A stretch of DNA of 64,000 bases from Mobula hypostoma (taxonomy: Eukaryota). Location: the NCBI RefSeq assembly GCF_963921235.1, contig NC_086108.1, positions 2,480,001 to 2,544,000 on the forward strand, read 5' to 3'. Positions 62,701 through 64,000 of this stretch are shown here, piece by piece. A program made the position numbers and the translations under genes. Every line of letters starts with the position of its first letter. Position 1 is the first letter of the stretch. Below the pieces are notes generated by a model that saw only the letters and a list, made by a program, of their open reading frames with translations, did no database searches and was not told the DNA's origin.

Positions 62701-64000
62701 GCAGACCATCATTGTAGACCCCCCCTTCCCCCCCCCGCTCCTAACAGCAAGTCAACTTTGATTCCATTTTGCATTGTCACCCTCAATCCTTACAGATGAG
62801 CTTGCCCACAGAAGTTTGACAAAGGTCTTGCTAACATCCTGTGGGCAATGTCTACACCACTGCCCTCGTCAATCTTTTCAGTCACATTCTCAAAATATAA
62901 ACTTAAGTAAGACATAATCTCCCAAAAAGTCATTCTGATTTTCCCTAGTAACTCCTTACCTTTCCAAATGTAAATATGGCCTGCCCACAGAGTCCTTTCC
63001 TGTGGGTGCTATGGTACCATATACTATTACAGCACAAGTGATGCAGGTTCAGTTCTGCTGCTGTCTGGAAGGAGTTTATACGTTCTCTCCGTGACCACTT
63101 GTGTATCCTCCGAGTGCTCACAGTTTCCTCCCACGTTCCAAAGGTTAGTAACATTGGTCCCATGGGTGTAATTGGTTGGCAGGGGCTTGTTAGGCCAGAA
63201 GATCCTGTTACTGTGATGTACTGCTAATTAATTTTTTTTTAATTCAGAGCACTGTAATTCCCTGACTTGTCCTTACAGCCCTCCTTAAACATCAGCCTTC
63301 CCTCAGTCTTTGGTATTTTGCCATTGATAAAGGAAAACACAAAACATCTTTCCCAGGGCTTCAACAATATCCTCCTTTACTTCCCACAACGTCCCAGGAT
63401 GATGAAGGGTCATGGCCCGAAACTGGTTATTCCTTTCCATGGATGTTGCCTGACCTGCTGAGTTCCTCCAGCATTTTGTGTGTGTTGCTCTAGATTTCCA
63501 GAATCTTTTATCTCTTAAAATAATCTGGTTAGAGGTTTATCCATAAAACATAGGAGCAGAATTGGGCCATTTGGCCCATCAAATATGGTCCTGCCATTCC
63601 ATCATGGCTGATTTCTACCCCATTCTCCTGCCTTCTCCACATAATCTTAGACATCATTACTTATCAAGAGCCTATCAATCTCCATTTTAAGTATACCCAA
63701 TGACTTGCCTCCATAGCCGTCCATGCCAATGAATTCCACAGATTCACCACTCTCTAGGTAAAGAAATTGCTCCTCAACTCTGTTTTAGGGGGATGTCCTT
63801 CTACTTTGTGCTCTTCAAGTCTGCCGATACCGCCTTCATAATGTCAGTATGCTTCAGGATATCATCGTTCTCTTTTCTGAACCCACTGGCGTCCAGGTCC
63901 TTAAAATGCAAACAAAGTATTCATTAAGGCCTTGCCCATCTCCTGTGGCTCCATGCAGATAATATAGGTATCTGTTTTCAAAACGTTCCATTACCAGAGA

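Noticed and set aside
56050..64000. Further BTBD7 exons (also searched 1-19317)
   Set aside because: I could not find the expected flanking peptides by eye. They are probably outside the window, but a divergent exon could have been missed.

Overview
Vertebrate genomic DNA, most likely from a cartilaginous fish (inferred from the repeat repertoire: CR1 LINEs, Penelope-like elements, V-SINEs, Rex1/Babar). Almost all of the window is intron of a BTBD7-like gene on the + strand. Two in-phase coding exons (19318-19393 and 55889-56049) flank a 36.5-kb intron packed with nested transposons: CR1, Penelope-like (PLE), Rex1/Babar, Tc1, Tigger/pogo, hAT, V-SINEs and a Gmr1-like Gypsy LTR element. The main result is at 29144-38416. 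A HERO-like (R2-superfamily, RLE-endonuclease) non-LTR retrotransposon is present as a circularly permuted copy (3' half first, then 5' half) with a 312-bp terminal redundancy inside the RT coding region. At its seamless 3'-to-5' junction (36068-36191) is a hammerhead-ribozyme-like core whose strands are in a non-canonical order. Together these suggest, by inference, a ribozyme-processed circular or concatemeric RNA intermediate. All calls were made by eye. Boundaries of degenerate repeats are approximate.
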